Assembly: GCA_026713825.1 (NCBI GenBank)
Contig: JAPONS010000051.1
Location: 17,885-81,884, forward strand
Direction: 5' to 3'
DNA length: 64,000 nucleotides
Origin: Chloroflexota bacterium
GTDB lineage: Bacteria > Chloroflexota > Dehalococcoidia > Lucifugimonadales > UBA1127
How positions within the stretch are numbered: the first letter of the stretch is position 1; every line of letters starts with the position of its first letter. This document shows positions 1 through 9,566 of the stretch, one piece after another. Below the pieces are notes generated by a model that saw only the letters and a program-made list of their open reading frames with translations, was not told the origin of the DNA and did no database searches. The position numbers and the translations under genes are program-made.

Positions 1-453
1 CTGGAAGTCGACCTTGACGAGTGGGACAGGGTCATGGACGTCAACGTGAAGGGCATCTTCCTCTGCACCCGGGCCGTCGTGCCATACATGCGCGAGCAGG
101 GCGGCGGCAAGATCATCAACATCGGCTCCGCCATCTGGTTCTTCGGCGGCTCCGGCATTCCCCACTACGTCGCATCCAAGGCTGCGGTCACGGGTCTGAC
201 GCGAGCTTTGGCTCGCGAGCTCGGCGCGGATAACATCAAGGTCAACACCATCGCGCCCGGCGGCACCAACAGCGGCGCCGTCGTCACCCGCGACGAGCGC
301 GCCCCGCAGACTCCTCCTCCCTCTCCCAACGTCCTCGGCCGCCGTGAGGTCTCCGAGGACCTCACCGGCACCGTCGTCTTCCTCGCCTCGGAGGACAGCG
401 ACTACATCACCGGCCAGATGATCGCCGTCACCGGCGGCGCCGGCATGCACTAG
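1..453 (+). CDS. Short-chain dehydrogenase/reductase (SDR), 5'-truncated by the window edge
   Basis: Frame 1 is open from base 1 (LEVDLDEWDRVMDVNVKG...) to TAG at 451-453. It has the SDR catalytic YxxxK (HYVASK) and the typical C-terminus ASEDSDYITGQ. It is a clear paralog of 2724-3473. Confidence 0.85.
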   Translation: MEVDLDEWDRVMDVNVKGIFLCTRAVVPYMREQGGGKIINIGSAIWFFGGSGIPHYVASKAAVTGLTRALARELGADNIKVNTIAPGGTNSGAVVTRDERAPQTPPPSPNVLGRREVSEDLTGTVVFLASEDSDYITGQMIAVTGGAGMH

Positions 454-514
454 GCTCCGCAACCTTTCGTTCAACCTCGGGGCAACAAGAAGTTCGCTCA
501 GATGAGTGAAGGGT

Positions 515-546
515 CTTCGAATACCTACAGAAAATTGCATTCGAAG
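515..546. terminator. Hairpin between convergent SDR and AIPR genes
   Basis: CTTCGAAT (515-522) and ATTCGAAG (539-546) form an 8-bp inverted repeat around a 16-nt loop. It lies between the two stop codons. No clear U-tract follows. Confidence 0.4.
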
Positions 547-558
547 CGCACAGTGACC

Positions 559-2358
559 CTACTGTGCAAGCGCTGCTCTCACCTTTTCCTCCAGCTCTCC
601 CGCTTTCAAGAACAACTGTCCGCTTGCTTGAGCTATTCTCTCCTCATTTAAGAGTTCTTGGCTCTTCAGAAACGCGTTCCGATCGTAGAACCAGTGTAAT
701 TGATGTGCCAGGCCCATATAGGTGGCAACCAAGTCGTCAGCTATGTCCAAAATTGCCCCGAAGGCAGTGTTCCCTTCATCGTTGGCAACGTAGTCATCTC
801 TTAGCTGCGCCAGTTGCCCATAGAACACGTCACGACTCGACCGATCGATCTGCTGTGAACCGTTAAGCACCTGACTGGCTATCCTAAACACTACATAGAG
901 GTAAAGGTATCGGGTTTGGTTCCGATAATCGCTTAGCGTTGCATTCTTCTTTGAACCTATTGAATACCCCCGCTCCATGGCGTGCCTTGCCATGAGCCAC
1001 GGGATAAGCAAATCATCTTGAGTCAGGTCCTTGGTTGCTTCCTCGAATTCACTACCCCCGGGTGTAAACTCTCCGCTTCGCCCAAACGCTGTGTGTGGTT
1101 TGCTCAAGACTGAAGCTCCATAAAATCGTAGCGCGTCAAACGCATTGATTAATCGGTCTTGAGCAAACCTTTGCCTCTCTGCCTTGGGTAGTACATTGTA
1201 CTCACCTGTTTGTACCTCCAAGAAATACCCCTGTTCCCGAAGGGCCGTCTTAAGTCGGTGAAAGTTTTCTTCAAGGGTTAGGAAGTCACGCCCTCGCACT
1301 GCATTCTGTTTGTTGGAGAATCTAGTGATGTTCCTAACAAAGTCACTGTTGAAATCATCCACTGCGATCAATTTGAAAGCCAGTGACGCCTCTCGGTAAG
1401 GCCCTGCATCTGGCAGTACAGTCAGCTTTGCTTGAACTCCCGCAAAGCGATTCTCCATGAAATCGAACAGTGTTCTGGTTGTTTGACAGCCATTCACGAT
1501 TTGCGGTGAATCGATGCGTAATCCTTCACTTGTTGACTCAAAATTCCTGCATACCACACTAATGCCATTATTGTAGGCAATGAAGCTTTTTGGACTCTTC
1601 AATAGTGTGTTGCTAATACCGTCATTTACTGACTTGGCTCTTTTCCCTAGCCACTTTCGCACGTTCCGATCGTAGATACTGTCAACGGAAGCATTGTGAA
1701 GTTGTGCATATTGACGGAGCATCTGATACACGTCAACAAGCGTAGCTACTCCGACATAGGTCTTTGATTCTACAGAGACCCCTTTGCAGGTCAGGAAAAC
1801 ACTACTCTCAGGAGTCTCTTCTCCTCCTATTTCGTCGTACAAATCCTGAAGGCATATGGCTTCAAGGCTGACACTAAGGCCATAACGTTGATTTGCGATT
1901 GCTCGTGCATCATCCAGAGCGCCCAGTTGAGCCTCAGTCAACAGATCCACCGTTGCCACTATGTACTGAAGGGCACCTCCAGATTGGAGCACAGAAGCGC
2001 ACTGCTCAAGTGCATCAGTGAGGGGCTCTCCGTTCCTAGTCCGATCAAGACCCCCGGAAAACTTCCTGAACTCATCAAGGGGAGATACCTGCAACCCAGC
2101 AGTCCCATATTTGCCCTGCACAATTATTCCATGCGGAGGATTGGCATCTTCGGAGGGTTCAACTATCAGCCCGTCAATACCATAATCACCGCCCCCTGCC
2201 ATGTCGGTCGCGTTAACGGCATCATCGTCAGATAGTTGGTAACGGTAACGCAGAACGAGTTGGACAAAGGAATCTCCCTTGGCCACGGTGTCAGGTTCGG
2301 CGTCTATTTGTTGTAGAAGTTCCTTTTTCCATTGAACAAAGCCAGAATCGTTTTGCAT
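559..2358 (-). CDS. AIPR-family abortive-infection phage-resistance protein
   Basis: 599-aa ORF. The central region YNNGISVVCRNF...SPQIVNGCQTTRTL carries the NGxQT signature I associate with the AIPR family. The N-terminal GGGDYGIDGLIVE...VQGKY looks like a restriction-endonuclease-type motif. The gene sits in a visibly AT-richer segment. RBS GGGGAGG lies upstream of the ATG. Confidence 0.7.
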   Translation of the reverse strand: MQNDSGFVQWKKELLQQIDAEPDTVAKGDSFVQLVLRYRYQLSDDDAVNATDMAGGGDYGIDGLIVEPSEDANPPHGIIVQGKYGTAGLQVSPLDEFRKFSGGLDRTRNGEPLTDALEQCASVLQSGGALQYIVATVDLLTEAQLGALDDARAIANQRYGLSVSLEAICLQDLYDEIGGEETPESSVFLTCKGVSVESKTYVGVATLVDVYQMLRQYAQLHNASVDSIYDRNVRKWLGKRAKSVNDGISNTLLKSPKSFIAYNNGISVVCRNFESTSEGLRIDSPQIVNGCQTTRTLFDFMENRFAGVQAKLTVLPDAGPYREASLAFKLIAVDDFNSDFVRNITRFSNKQNAVRGRDFLTLEENFHRLKTALREQGYFLEVQTGEYNVLPKAERQRFAQDRLINAFDALRFYGASVLSKPHTAFGRSGEFTPGGSEFEEATKDLTQDDLLIPWLMARHAMERGYSIGSKKNATLSDYRNQTRYLYLYVVFRIASQVLNGSQQIDRSSRDVFYGQLAQLRDDYVANDEGNTAFGAILDIADDLVATYMGLAHQLHWFYDRNAFLKSQELLNEERIAQASGQLFLKAGELEEKVRAALAQ

Positions 2359-2649
2359 CGCTTGTGCCTCCCCAAGATTCCGCTACTATGCAATGCTGGC
2401 GGGCAAGGCGCAGGATAATTTTCCCATTGCGCCTCAAGTGCATGCCTCAATGGGCTACTAACCACCGAACTTGATTCGGGTTCGCACTCTACGGGGATCG
2501 GAGAAAACCTTCGAAATTAGAGTAGAGAGTCCTTGTGCCAAGGGTATGATGTTGGTGGGCCAGACAGAACATCCGTAGATTATGGCCTATCATCAGAGAG
2601 GGTGCAATTTAGGATCCTCCTTAAGCATCATACGCGCCCACGCGCGGGC

Positions 2650-2678
2650 TTGAGACTCGACCTACCTGCGAGTACAAT
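2650..2678 (+). promoter_or_regulatory. Sigma70-type promoter candidate for the SDR/amidohydrolase/Rieske cluster
   Basis: TTGAGA (2650-2655), 17-nt spacer, TACAAT (2673-2678). It lies about 45 nt upstream of the ATG at 2724. Confidence 0.5.
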
Positions 2679-2723
2679 ACGCGCAACCTCGCACCAGCCA
2701 CTTGCCGCGAAAGAGAGGGCGAC

Positions 2724-3473
2724 ATGCGCTTGCAGGACAAGGTGGTCATCATCACGGGAGCCGCCCACCACATCGGCCAGGCCTACGCCGTCCGCGCCGC
2801 CCAGGAGGGCGCCAAGGTCGTCATCTGCGACGTCCGCGACTGCAGCGAGACCGCCGAGATGGTGGCGGAGGCCGGCGCAGACGTGCTGTCGCTGCGCACC
2901 GATGTGTCCAGCGAGGAGGACACGCTGGAGCTGGCCCGCCAGACCATCGAACGCTTCGGCCGCATCGACGCCATCGTCAACAACGCCGGCCTCTTTGACG
3001 GCCTGCACTCACGCACCATCCTCAACACGGACATGGAGGAGTGGGACCGCGTGATGAACGTCAACGTAAAGGGCATCTTCCTGTGCTGCCGCGCTGTCGT
3101 CCCGCAGATGATGGAGCAGGGGTACGGCAAGATCATCAACATTGGCTCCGGCATCTGGCACTGGGGAGGGAGCGGCACGCCCGCCTATGTCAGCAGCAAG
3201 GCCGCCGTCACCGGCCTGACCCGAGCGCTCTCTCGCGAGCTGGGACAGTACGGCATCCGCGTGAACACCCTCGCCCCCGGCGGCACCGCCAGCGGCGCTG
3301 TCGTTGGGCGGGACGACGACTCCCCACAGGTCCCGCCCAACTCCGGCAACCTGCTCGGCCGTCGTGAGGTGCCAGACGACCTGACGGGCACGATGGTCTT
3401 CCTCGTCAGCGAGGACAGCGATTACATCACGGGGCAGAACATCACCGTCAACGGCGGGACCAGCATGTGGTAG
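2724..3473 (+). CDS. Short-chain dehydrogenase/reductase (SDR)
   Basis: 249 aa. It has the N-terminal Rossmann motif VVIITGAAHHIGQA, the NNAG motif, catalytic YVSSK and the C-terminus DSDYITGQNITVNGG. Confidence 0.9.
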   Translation: MRLQDKVVIITGAAHHIGQAYAVRAAQEGAKVVICDVRDCSETAEMVAEAGADVLSLRTDVSSEEDTLELARQTIERFGRIDAIVNNAGLFDGLHSRTILNTDMEEWDRVMNVNVKGIFLCCRAVVPQMMEQGYGKIINIGSGIWHWGGSGTPAYVSSKAAVTGLTRALSRELGQYGIRVNTLAPGGTASGAVVGRDDDSPQVPPNSGNLLGRREVPDDLTGTMVFLVSEDSDYITGQNITVNGGTSMW

Positions 3474-3543
3474 GCCTCCGCATCACCTTCCCCATGAGCG
3501 GGATGAGGCGAGGCACAGACGTTCAGATTTGAGGGGTGACGCA

Positions 3544-4638
3544 ATGGCAACAACCACCGGCTACCAGGTAATCGACGCAGACGCCCACGTAGTCGAGACT
3601 CTGCGCACGTGGGAGTACATAGACGACTCCCAGGCGCAGCTCCGCCCCAACCTCCTCTTCTCACAGGAGTCGCCGCCCAAGCGCTACTGGCAGGTCGACG
3701 GCAAGATCCGCGGCCTCCAGCCGCAGAGCCTCTCGGAGATGGAGCTTGAGGAGCGCTCCAAGAAGTCCGGCAAGAACATCGTCACGCCGCAGGCAGCGCG
3801 TGAAATGGACGACGTCGATCTGCGGCTGAAGGACATGGACCGCCTCGGCATCGACGTGCAGGTGCTGCACAACACGCTCTGGATCGAGCAGGTCACGGAG
3901 CGCCCGGACATCGAGCGGGCCATGTGCCACAGCTGGAACCGCTGGCTGGGCGACATCTGGCGGCAGGGCCAGGGCCGGCTTCGCTGGTCGTGCGTGCCGC
4001 CGTGGATGAGCCTCGACGCCGCAGTCGAGGAGATGCAGTGGTCCAAGGAGCACGGCGCCGTCGCGGTCACCATGCGCCCCATCGAGGGCAACCGCACCAT
4101 GATCGACCCCTACTTCTACCCCATCCTCGAGGAGGCCGTGCGGCTGGACATGGCCATCGTCGTGCACATCGCCAACGCCAACCCGGGCATCGTCGACGTG
4201 ATGCGCTCACCCTACGACCCGGGCACCGCTTTCGGCCTCTTCCGCATCCCGACCGTCGCTTCCTGCCACGCCCTCATCATGAGCGAGATTCCGCAGAAGT
4301 TCCCGACGTTGCGCTGGGGCTTCATCGAGGCCTCGGCCGGCTGGGTGCCGTGGGTCATCACGGAGGCCAAGAACCGCTACAATGGCGCGGGGCGCCCGTT
4401 TCCAGACAACGTCCTGAAGGAGTACAACATCTACGTCACCTGCCAGACGGACGACGACATCCCCTACATCCTGGAATGCGCCGGCGACGACAACATCGTC
4501 ATCGGCACCGACTACGGGCACTTTGACCCTTCCAGTGAGGTGGACGCCATTTCCGTTTTCAAGGAAATGGGCGGCATCAGCGACACGGCCATGCGCAAGA
4601 TTCTCTCGGACAACCCAAAGGCCCTGTACGGCCTGTAG
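3544..4638 (+). CDS. Amidohydrolase-2 family metal-dependent hydrolase/decarboxylase (ACMSD-like)
   Basis: N-terminal VIDADAHVVE (HxH metal motif), later HIANANPG and TDYGHFD. I moved the start to ATG 3544, which lies behind GAGGGG; the ORF track begins at TTG 3529. Confidence 0.8.
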   Translation: MATTTGYQVIDADAHVVETLRTWEYIDDSQAQLRPNLLFSQESPPKRYWQVDGKIRGLQPQSLSEMELEERSKKSGKNIVTPQAAREMDDVDLRLKDMDRLGIDVQVLHNTLWIEQVTERPDIERAMCHSWNRWLGDIWRQGQGRLRWSCVPPWMSLDAAVEEMQWSKEHGAVAVTMRPIEGNRTMIDPYFYPILEEAVRLDMAIVVHIANANPGIVDVMRSPYDPGTAFGLFRIPTVASCHALIMSEIPQKFPTLRWGFIEASAGWVPWVITEAKNRYNGAGRPFPDNVLKEYNIYVTCQTDDDIPYILECAGDDNIVIGTDYGHFDPSSEVDAISVFKEMGGISDTAMRKILSDNPKALYGL

Positions 4639-4664
4639 GGCTTGACGCAGCCAAGGGGGAAGAC

Positions 4665-5759
4665 ATGACAACCAAGGTCGGCTACATGGTCATCGACTCC
4701 GACGCCCACGTGGTGGAGACGGAACGGACGTGGGACTTCATGGACGCGGAGGACGAGCAGTACCGCCCGAAGCTGGTGCAGGACCTGCACGACCCCACAC
4801 GTCAGCACTGGGTCATCGAGGGCGAGGTGCGGGGCTTCCGCTTCCCCACGCTCACGGAGATGCAGCAGGAGGCCCGCTCCCAGCGCTGGCGCAACATCTC
4901 GACTCCACAGGCCGCCCGCGAACTCGACGACGTCGCCCTGCGGCTCGAGGACATGGACCGCCTCGGCATCGACGTCCAGGTGCTGCACCACACGCTCTGG
5001 ATTGAACAGGTGGCAAAGCAGCCTGAGGTGGAGCTCGCCATCTGCAAGGGTTGGAACCGCTGGGTCGGCGATGTCTGGCGGAAGAGCGGCGGACGGCTGC
5101 GGTGGTCGTGTGTGCCCCCGTACAGCAACCTGGAAGCCGCGCTGGAGATCATGGAAGAAGCCAAGGCCAACGGTGCCGTCGCCGTGACCATGCGCCCCAT
5201 CGAGGGAGAGCGCACCATCCTGGACCAGTACTTCTACCCGATCTACGAGCAGGCCATCAAGCTGGACATGGCCGTTGCCGTGCACATCGCGAACGCCAAC
5301 CCCGGCATCGTCAACATCCTCCGCACGCCGGAGGACCCCGGCTCGGCGTTCGGCATCTTCCGCATCCCGACGGTCGCCAGTTGCCACGCACTCATCATGA
5401 GCAAGATCCCCGAGCGGTTCCCGGAGCTGCGCTGGGGCTTCATCGAGGCATCGGCCGGCTGGGTCCCATGGATTATCACAGAGTCCCGCAACCGCTACAT
5501 GGGCGCGGGGCGAAGGTTCCCGGACAACGTCCTGAAGGAGTACAACATCTTCGTCACCTGCCAGACGGACGACGACGTGCCGTACATCCTGAGTTGCGCC
5601 GGCGACGACAACATACTCATCGGCACCGACTACGGCCACTTCGACCCGTCCAGTGAGGTCGACGCCATCTCCGTCTTCAAGGAGATGGACGGCATCTCCG
5701 ACGAGTCCATGAAGAAGATCATGTCCGACAATCCCAAGAAGCTCTACGGCATAGAGTAG
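4665..5759 (+). CDS. Amidohydrolase-2 family hydrolase/decarboxylase, tandem paralog
   Basis: 364 aa. It is collinear with, and mostly identical to, the preceding protein (VIDSDAHVVE ... TDYGHFDPSSEVDAISVFKEM). Confidence 0.8.
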   Translation: MTTKVGYMVIDSDAHVVETERTWDFMDAEDEQYRPKLVQDLHDPTRQHWVIEGEVRGFRFPTLTEMQQEARSQRWRNISTPQAARELDDVALRLEDMDRLGIDVQVLHHTLWIEQVAKQPEVELAICKGWNRWVGDVWRKSGGRLRWSCVPPYSNLEAALEIMEEAKANGAVAVTMRPIEGERTILDQYFYPIYEQAIKLDMAVAVHIANANPGIVNILRTPEDPGSAFGIFRIPTVASCHALIMSKIPERFPELRWGFIEASAGWVPWIITESRNRYMGAGRRFPDNVLKEYNIFVTCQTDDDVPYILSCAGDDNILIGTDYGHFDPSSEVDAISVFKEMDGISDESMKKIMSDNPKKLYGIE

Positions 5760-5807
5760 GCCAGCACAGCTGTTAGGCAGCCACATCAACACAAAGGGGG
5801 AAAACCC

Positions 5808-7106
5808 ATGCTGTCCAGGGAAGAGAACGAACTGCTGACTCGTACGGCCTCAGGCACGCCAATGGGCGAGTTGTTCAGGCGATTCTGGCTCCCGGCCCTC
5901 ATCCCCAACGAGCTCCCGGAGCCCGACTGCCCGCCCGTGCGCTTGCGCATCCTGCACGAGGACCTCGTCGCCTTCCGGGACACCAACGGCAAGGTCGGCA
6001 TCCTCGACGCCCTCTGCCCCCACAAGCTCGCCCCGCTGTTCTTCGGCCGCAACGAGGAGTGTGGGCTCCGCTGCGTCTACCACGGCTGGAAGTTTGACGT
6101 GGATGGCACCTGCGTCGAGATGGCGAACGAGCCGCCGGAGAGCGCTTTCCGGGAAAAGGTGAAGATTAAGGCCTACCCCGTCGAGGAGTGGGGCGGACTC
6201 ATCTGGGTTTACATGGGCCCGGCGCACCTCAAGCCCGAACTCCCGCAGTTCGAGTGGGGGCGCGTCCCGGAGACCCACCGCCACCACGCGCGCTGGCTGC
6301 AGACCACCAACTGGGCGCAGGGCATGGAGGGTGAGATCGACACCTCCCACATCTCCTTCTTGCACCGCTGGATGGACCAGAGTCAGGCGCCCCAGCGACG
6401 CAACGCCCAGCGCAACTTCACCATCGTTGACGGCGCGCCCATCCTGACGCTGAACCAGACCGATTACGGCTTCGTTTACGGCGCCCGCCGCAACACCGGT
6501 AACGGCGACTACTACTGGCGCGTCACCCAATGGCTCTACCCAATGTGGAGCGTCATTGCCGCGCAGACTTGGCCAATCGGCGGCCGGGCGTGGGTGCCCA
6601 TCGACGACGAGAACACCAACGTCTTCGGTTACAACTACAACGCCGAAGCCCCCTTGACTGAGGAGCAGATCGACATGATCGAGTCGGGCCGGGCCTTCCC
6701 GCCCCGCACCACGCGTGAGAAGTTCCAGCTGGCTGATGGCACAGTCATCGACCACAACGTGGGTGTCGCCAACAAGACCAACGACTTTCTCATCGACCGT
6801 GACATGCAGCGCACCGTGAACTTCACGGGCATCTGGGGCGTCAACGAGCAGGACCGCGGGCTCCAGGAGGGCATGGGCCGCATCGTCGACCGCTCTCGCG
6901 AGCACCTCGGCACCGCCGACCAGGCAACCATCGCCGGCCGCCGCGGGCTGCTGCGCATGGCGCGTGACCTGCAGGAGGGCATCGAGCCCGCCATTGCGCA
7001 CCAGGGCGACAAGTACGGCGTCCGCTCCATGGACATCGTCAGCCCGGAAGGCGACTTCATAAAGTTCATGGAACTTCACGGAGACGCCGGCAAGGCCAAG
7101 GTCTAG
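5808..7106 (+). CDS. Rieske [2Fe-2S] non-heme-iron oxygenase, phthalate-family (alpha-only type)
   Basis: Rieske motif CPHKLAPLFFGRNEECGLRCVYHGWKFD. Mononuclear-iron motif NWAQGMEGEIDTSHISFLH. RBS AAAGGGGGA. Confidence 0.88.
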   Translation: MLSREENELLTRTASGTPMGELFRRFWLPALIPNELPEPDCPPVRLRILHEDLVAFRDTNGKVGILDALCPHKLAPLFFGRNEECGLRCVYHGWKFDVDGTCVEMANEPPESAFREKVKIKAYPVEEWGGLIWVYMGPAHLKPELPQFEWGRVPETHRHHARWLQTTNWAQGMEGEIDTSHISFLHRWMDQSQAPQRRNAQRNFTIVDGAPILTLNQTDYGFVYGARRNTGNGDYYWRVTQWLYPMWSVIAAQTWPIGGRAWVPIDDENTNVFGYNYNAEAPLTEEQIDMIESGRAFPPRTTREKFQLADGTVIDHNVGVANKTNDFLIDRDMQRTVNFTGIWGVNEQDRGLQEGMGRIVDRSREHLGTADQATIAGRRGLLRMARDLQEGIEPAIAHQGDKYGVRSMDIVSPEGDFIKFMELHGDAGKAKV

Positions 7107-7148
7107 TCGGGGCCGCCCTCAACAGCCGAATACAAGCGGGAGGAAGAC

Positions 7149-8459
7149 ATGCTGTCCAGGGAGGACAATGAGCTGCTGACCCAGACGGGGCCGGGCACAC
7201 CCATGGGCGAGTTCTTCCGCCGCTTCTGGATGCCCGCCCTCCTCTCCGAGGAGCTCCCGGATCCCGACTGCCCGCCCGTGCGCATCAAGGTGCTCAGCGA
7301 GGAGCTTGTCGCGTTCCGGGACACGAACGGCGCCGTGGGCGTCGTCGACAACTACTGCCCGCACCGCCGCGCCAGCCTGTTCTTCGGCCGCAACGAGGAG
7401 TGCGGGCTCCGCTGCGTCTATCACGGCTGGAAGTTCGACGTGAACGGCGACTGCGTCGACATGCCCTCAGAGCCCGCTGAGTCCAATTTCAGGGACAAGG
7501 TCAAGATCAAGTCCTACCCCGCCCGCGACTACGGCAGCTGCGTGTGGATCTACATGGGCCCGCGCGAGCTGCAGCCCGATCTCCCGGCCTTCGAATGGGC
7601 GCGCGTGCCGGACGAGCACCGCGTCGTGACTCGCTTCATCCAGCACTCCAACTACATGCAGTGCACGGAGGGCGAGATCGACTCCAGCCACGTCTCCTTC
7701 CTCCACAGCGTCTTTGACCTGAGCATCGACTACCACCGCGACATGCGGACCGGCGAGCAGAAGGGCGGCCGCAACTCCGTCCTCAGCTACAAGTTCGGCG
7801 CTCCCCAGCTCACCGTGAAGGAGACCGACTACGGTTTCACCTACGGCTCGCGCCGGGGCCCGGAGGAGGGCAACTACTACTGGCGCGTGACCCAGTGGAT
7901 GCTGCCGATGTTCAGCCTCATCCCCGGCCCAGCCTGGCCTCGCGGCGGCCGCGGCTGGGTGCCCGTCGACGACGAGCACATCATCACCTTCCAGTACAGC
8001 TACAACGGCGAGCGGCCCATCACGCCGGAGGAGCGCGCCCGCGCCGTCGACACGATGGAGCTGCAGCGCGTCAAGTACACCCTCCCCGACGGCGGCATCA
8101 TCGACACCTACCGCAGCGTGCGCGCCCCGGAGAACGACTACCTCATCGACCGGGAGATGCAGCGCAAGCAGAACTACACCGGCATCCTCTTTGGCAGGCA
8201 CCAGGACTTCGCCATGACGGACAGCATGGGCGGCGTCTCGGATCGCACGAAGGAACACCTCGGCACTAGCGATACCGCCATCATCGCCGCGCGGCGCATC
8301 CTGCTGCGGGCGGTCCGCGACCTTCAGGAGGGCATCGAGCCCTACGCCGCCGGCCACCCGGAGGTGTTCCACGTCCGCGCGCTGGACACCGAGTCGCCGG
8401 AGGGCGATTTCCTCAAGCTGCTGGAGGCGGAAGGGGAGAAGACAGTCGGAGTGCTATAG
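7149..8459 (+). CDS. Rieske [2Fe-2S] non-heme-iron oxygenase, phthalate-family, tandem paralog
   Basis: CPHRRASLFFGRNEECGLRCVYHGWKFD and TEGEIDSSHVSFLH. 436 aa. Confidence 0.88.
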   Translation: MLSREDNELLTQTGPGTPMGEFFRRFWMPALLSEELPDPDCPPVRIKVLSEELVAFRDTNGAVGVVDNYCPHRRASLFFGRNEECGLRCVYHGWKFDVNGDCVDMPSEPAESNFRDKVKIKSYPARDYGSCVWIYMGPRELQPDLPAFEWARVPDEHRVVTRFIQHSNYMQCTEGEIDSSHVSFLHSVFDLSIDYHRDMRTGEQKGGRNSVLSYKFGAPQLTVKETDYGFTYGSRRGPEEGNYYWRVTQWMLPMFSLIPGPAWPRGGRGWVPVDDEHIITFQYSYNGERPITPEERARAVDTMELQRVKYTLPDGGIIDTYRSVRAPENDYLIDREMQRKQNYTGILFGRHQDFAMTDSMGGVSDRTKEHLGTSDTAIIAARRILLRAVRDLQEGIEPYAAGHPEVFHVRALDTESPEGDFLKLLEAEGEKTVGVL

Positions 8460-8511
8460 TCTCGTCAAACAACGAGGCAACATCACAGAAGCACCACGAA
8501 GGAGGAATGAC

Positions 8512-9516
8512 ATGGCAGAGGTAGTCATCGGGCTCGGAACGTCACACAGCCCGCAGTTGAGCATGCTGCCGGAGGCGTGGGCATCCCGTGCGGGCGCCAA
8601 CGACCAGCGCAACCCCGCCCTCATCGGCACAGACGGCATCGTGTCCAACTACGAGGACCTGCTGGCGCGCGTCGACAAGAAGCGCCTCGAGCGGGAACTC
8701 GACCCGGAGCTGCAGATGCAGCGCCACGAGCGCAACCAGCGCGGCATCGCCCAGGTGGCGGAGGCGCTGAAGAACGCCAACGTGGACGTCCTCGTGATGT
8801 TCGGCGACGACCAGCAGGAGTATCTGACCGACGACAACATGCCGGCCTTCAGCATCTACTGGGGCAATGAGGTCAAGGTCCTCGGCCAGGGCGAGGCATA
8901 CACGGCCGCCACCGGCTACCAGCCCCTCATCGGCTACCCGCCGGAGGACAGCGTCGTCCCCACCCACGGCTCCCTCGGCAAGCACATGATTGAGTTCCTC
9001 ACCGAGGCCGAGTACGACGTTGGGTACTCTCGCTTCCTTGACCCGGACCGTGGCGGGCGCTCGCGCGGCGGCATCGGCCACGCCTTCGCCTACGTCCACC
9101 ACCGCATCATGGAGGGCCTCAACATTCCCACCGTGCCCATCATGGTCAACACCTACTACCCGCCGAACCAGCCCACGCCCAAGCGCTGCTACGACATCGG
9201 TCGCTCCGTCCGCAGCGCAATCGAGGCATGGTCGGGCAAGGAGCGCGTCGCTGTCCTCGCTTCCGGCGGCCTGAGTCACTTCGTCGTCGACGAGGAGCTC
9301 GACACGTGGACTCTGGAGGGGCTGCAGGAGAAGAACATCGTCAAGTTGCAGCAGCTCCCACGGGAGCGCCTCAACTCCGGCAACTCGGAGGCCCGCAACT
9401 GGATGTCCCTGGCCGGCGCGGCGGAGCACCTCGACATGGAGCTGTTCGACTACGTGCCCTGCTACCGGTCGCCCGCGGGCACCGGCTGCGCGATGGCCTT
9501 TGCCCAGTGGACATAG
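8512..9516 (+). CDS. Class III (LigB-type) extradiol ring-cleavage dioxygenase
   Basis: The N-terminus VVIGLGTSHSPQL and later ASGGLSHF are typical of protocatechuate-4,5/gallate dioxygenase-like LigB enzymes. Strong RBS GAAGGAGGA. Confidence 0.8.
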   Translation: MAEVVIGLGTSHSPQLSMLPEAWASRAGANDQRNPALIGTDGIVSNYEDLLARVDKKRLERELDPELQMQRHERNQRGIAQVAEALKNANVDVLVMFGDDQQEYLTDDNMPAFSIYWGNEVKVLGQGEAYTAATGYQPLIGYPPEDSVVPTHGSLGKHMIEFLTEAEYDVGYSRFLDPDRGGRSRGGIGHAFAYVHHRIMEGLNIPTVPIMVNTYYPPNQPTPKRCYDIGRSVRSAIEAWSGKERVAVLASGGLSHFVVDEELDTWTLEGLQEKNIVKLQQLPRERLNSGNSEARNWMSLAGAAEHLDMELFDYVPCYRSPAGTGCAMAFAQWT

Positions 9517-9566
9517 CCGCCAACGTGGCGCACACTGGTAATAATCACAGAAAGGTGGTCAATGAC

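Noticed and set aside
9228-9566. Upstream part of track ORF 9228..9608
   Set aside because: It overlaps the LigB-type dioxygenase out of frame and looks like shadow sequence. Only its last 13 codons (from ATG 9567) make sense, as the N-terminus of the redoxin.
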